From positions 59,954,001 through 60,018,000 of the forward strand of contig OX597830.1 in the NCBI GenBank assembly GCA_951406725.2: a stretch of DNA of 64,000 bases, read 5' to 3'. The notes beneath the pieces were generated by a model. It had not been told where the DNA came from. It searched no databases and saw only the letters and a program-made list of their open reading frames with translations. Both the position numbers and the translations under genes were made by a program. Of the stretch, positions 62,898 to 64,000 are shown one piece after another. The DNA is from Octopus vulgaris (taxonomy: Eukaryota). How positions within the stretch are numbered: position 1 is the first letter of the stretch; each line of letters begins with the position of its first letter.

Positions 62898-63003
<106 letters not shown>

Positions 63004-63004
63004 A

Positions 63005-63240
63005 GTGCCGATGTTGACAAAGCCCTTACCCATCACTTGTTAGTGTCTTCTAGCTTAAAATCAGAAACAAAGGGGTTTATCATAGTAGCCCAAGATCAAT
63101 GCCTACCTACAAGGAGCTACCAGGCCAACATATTAAAGAACGGCAGCTGCCCAACATGTCGTGTATGTCAACAACAAAATGAAACCATTCATCATGTTGT
63201 CTCTATGTGCAGTTTTCTTGTGTCCACAGAGTATATATGG
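63005..63240 (+). pseudogene. R4/Dong-type retrotransposon zinc-knuckle fragment
   Basis: LKSETKGFIIVAQDQCLPTRSY...CRVCQQQNETIHHVVSMC...EY (CCHC). Confidence 0.8.
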
Positions 63241-63328
63241 TAAGAAAAATCCTAAACAAAGAAGACTCCTCGAATAGTGGGGAAACACTGAGACGACCAC
63301 ATTGTCTAAGCTGTCCGAAGAGCACAAG

Positions 63329-63510
63329 CTCGGATCGTTTTAATCTCGGATCGTTTTCACTCGGATCGTTTTCTCTCGGATCGCTTTCTCTCGGATCGTT
63401 TTCTCTCGGATCGCTTTCTCTCGGATCGTTTTCTCTCGGATCGCTTTCTCTCGGATCGTTTCCTCTCGGATCGTTTTAATCTCGGATCGTTTTCACTCGG
63501 ACCGTTTTCT
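63329..63510. repeat. 15/16-bp minisatellite CTCGGATCGTTTTCT, 12 units
   Basis: Counted directly. Confidence 0.95.
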
Positions 63511-64000
63511 CCAATCTCATTCACCTTTCGTCAAATTTGCTGGAAGACAGCACGTCCCCTCCTCACCCTCAGATTTCTTTTCACGTGGAACCTGAAAAAG
63601 TTTATAGATTCGCTCGACAGGTTTCTCTCTTCAGTCCTTTCATTACTGTCCACCTCACAACCTCTTTCACTGGCCACAAGACAGACAAAAGCTTCCTGCC
63701 CTTCACTGCCAAAGGAAATCAGCGGGGCAATCTTCACAATGGATTGAGCTGATGTTCTAATCTGTCTCACACGTGACAGCAGATGTTTGACGCATCTCCA
63801 TGGGTCACCACAATTGTTTTAGCTCAATTAGAAACCTAAATTGAGTCTAGATATATTACAGGGGAGAATAATACCAACAGTAGCCTTTATGTCCTATTTA
63901 CTTTCAGATGTACCACTTTTACCATAGAGAAGTAAACCTTTCATTTTTCTTGAGATTCAGTGATGTAACTAGCTGTAACAAACTGTGGTCCATAGAAAGG

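Noticed and set aside
63329-63510. CRISPR array (also considered for 21270-21700 and 48631-48935)
   Set aside because: No unique spacers between conserved repeats, no cas genes, eukaryotic context
63515-63760. Possible LINE ORF2 C-terminal remnant (KSFLPFTAK)
   Set aside because: Single short motif, too weak to call

Overview
Repeat-dominated animal DNA, most likely octopus/cephalopod, inferred from recognisable tRNA-derived SINE families and extreme microsatellite density. Almost all long ORFs in the track are artefacts of simple repeats. The only intact host-type coding sequence is a histone H4 ORF (17929-18210) that matches canonical H4 from Leu10 onward but lacks the N-terminal MSGRGKGGKG and the histone stem-loop. 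The rest is nested mobile DNA: at least four SINE families, CR1-like, L2/Jockey-like and R4/Dong-like LINE remnants, mariner/Tc1 remnants, hAT- and pogo-type MITEs, a non-autonomous Helitron and a Penelope GIY-YIG remnant. The most interesting signal is a set of short non-coding elements carrying minimal type-I hammerhead ribozyme motifs of several distinct designs, mostly embedded in (TA)n tracts. One of them (53648-54083, flanked by a 9-bp duplication inside a mariner) joins a Pol III tRNA-like head to a hammerhead tail in a fold-back arrangement, which makes it a candidate Penelope-mobilised ribozyme SINE. Also seen: a perfect estrogen-response-element palindrome, a cryptic 20-bp phased array and a shared SINE/LINE 3' tail. 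All calls were made by eye with no database searches.
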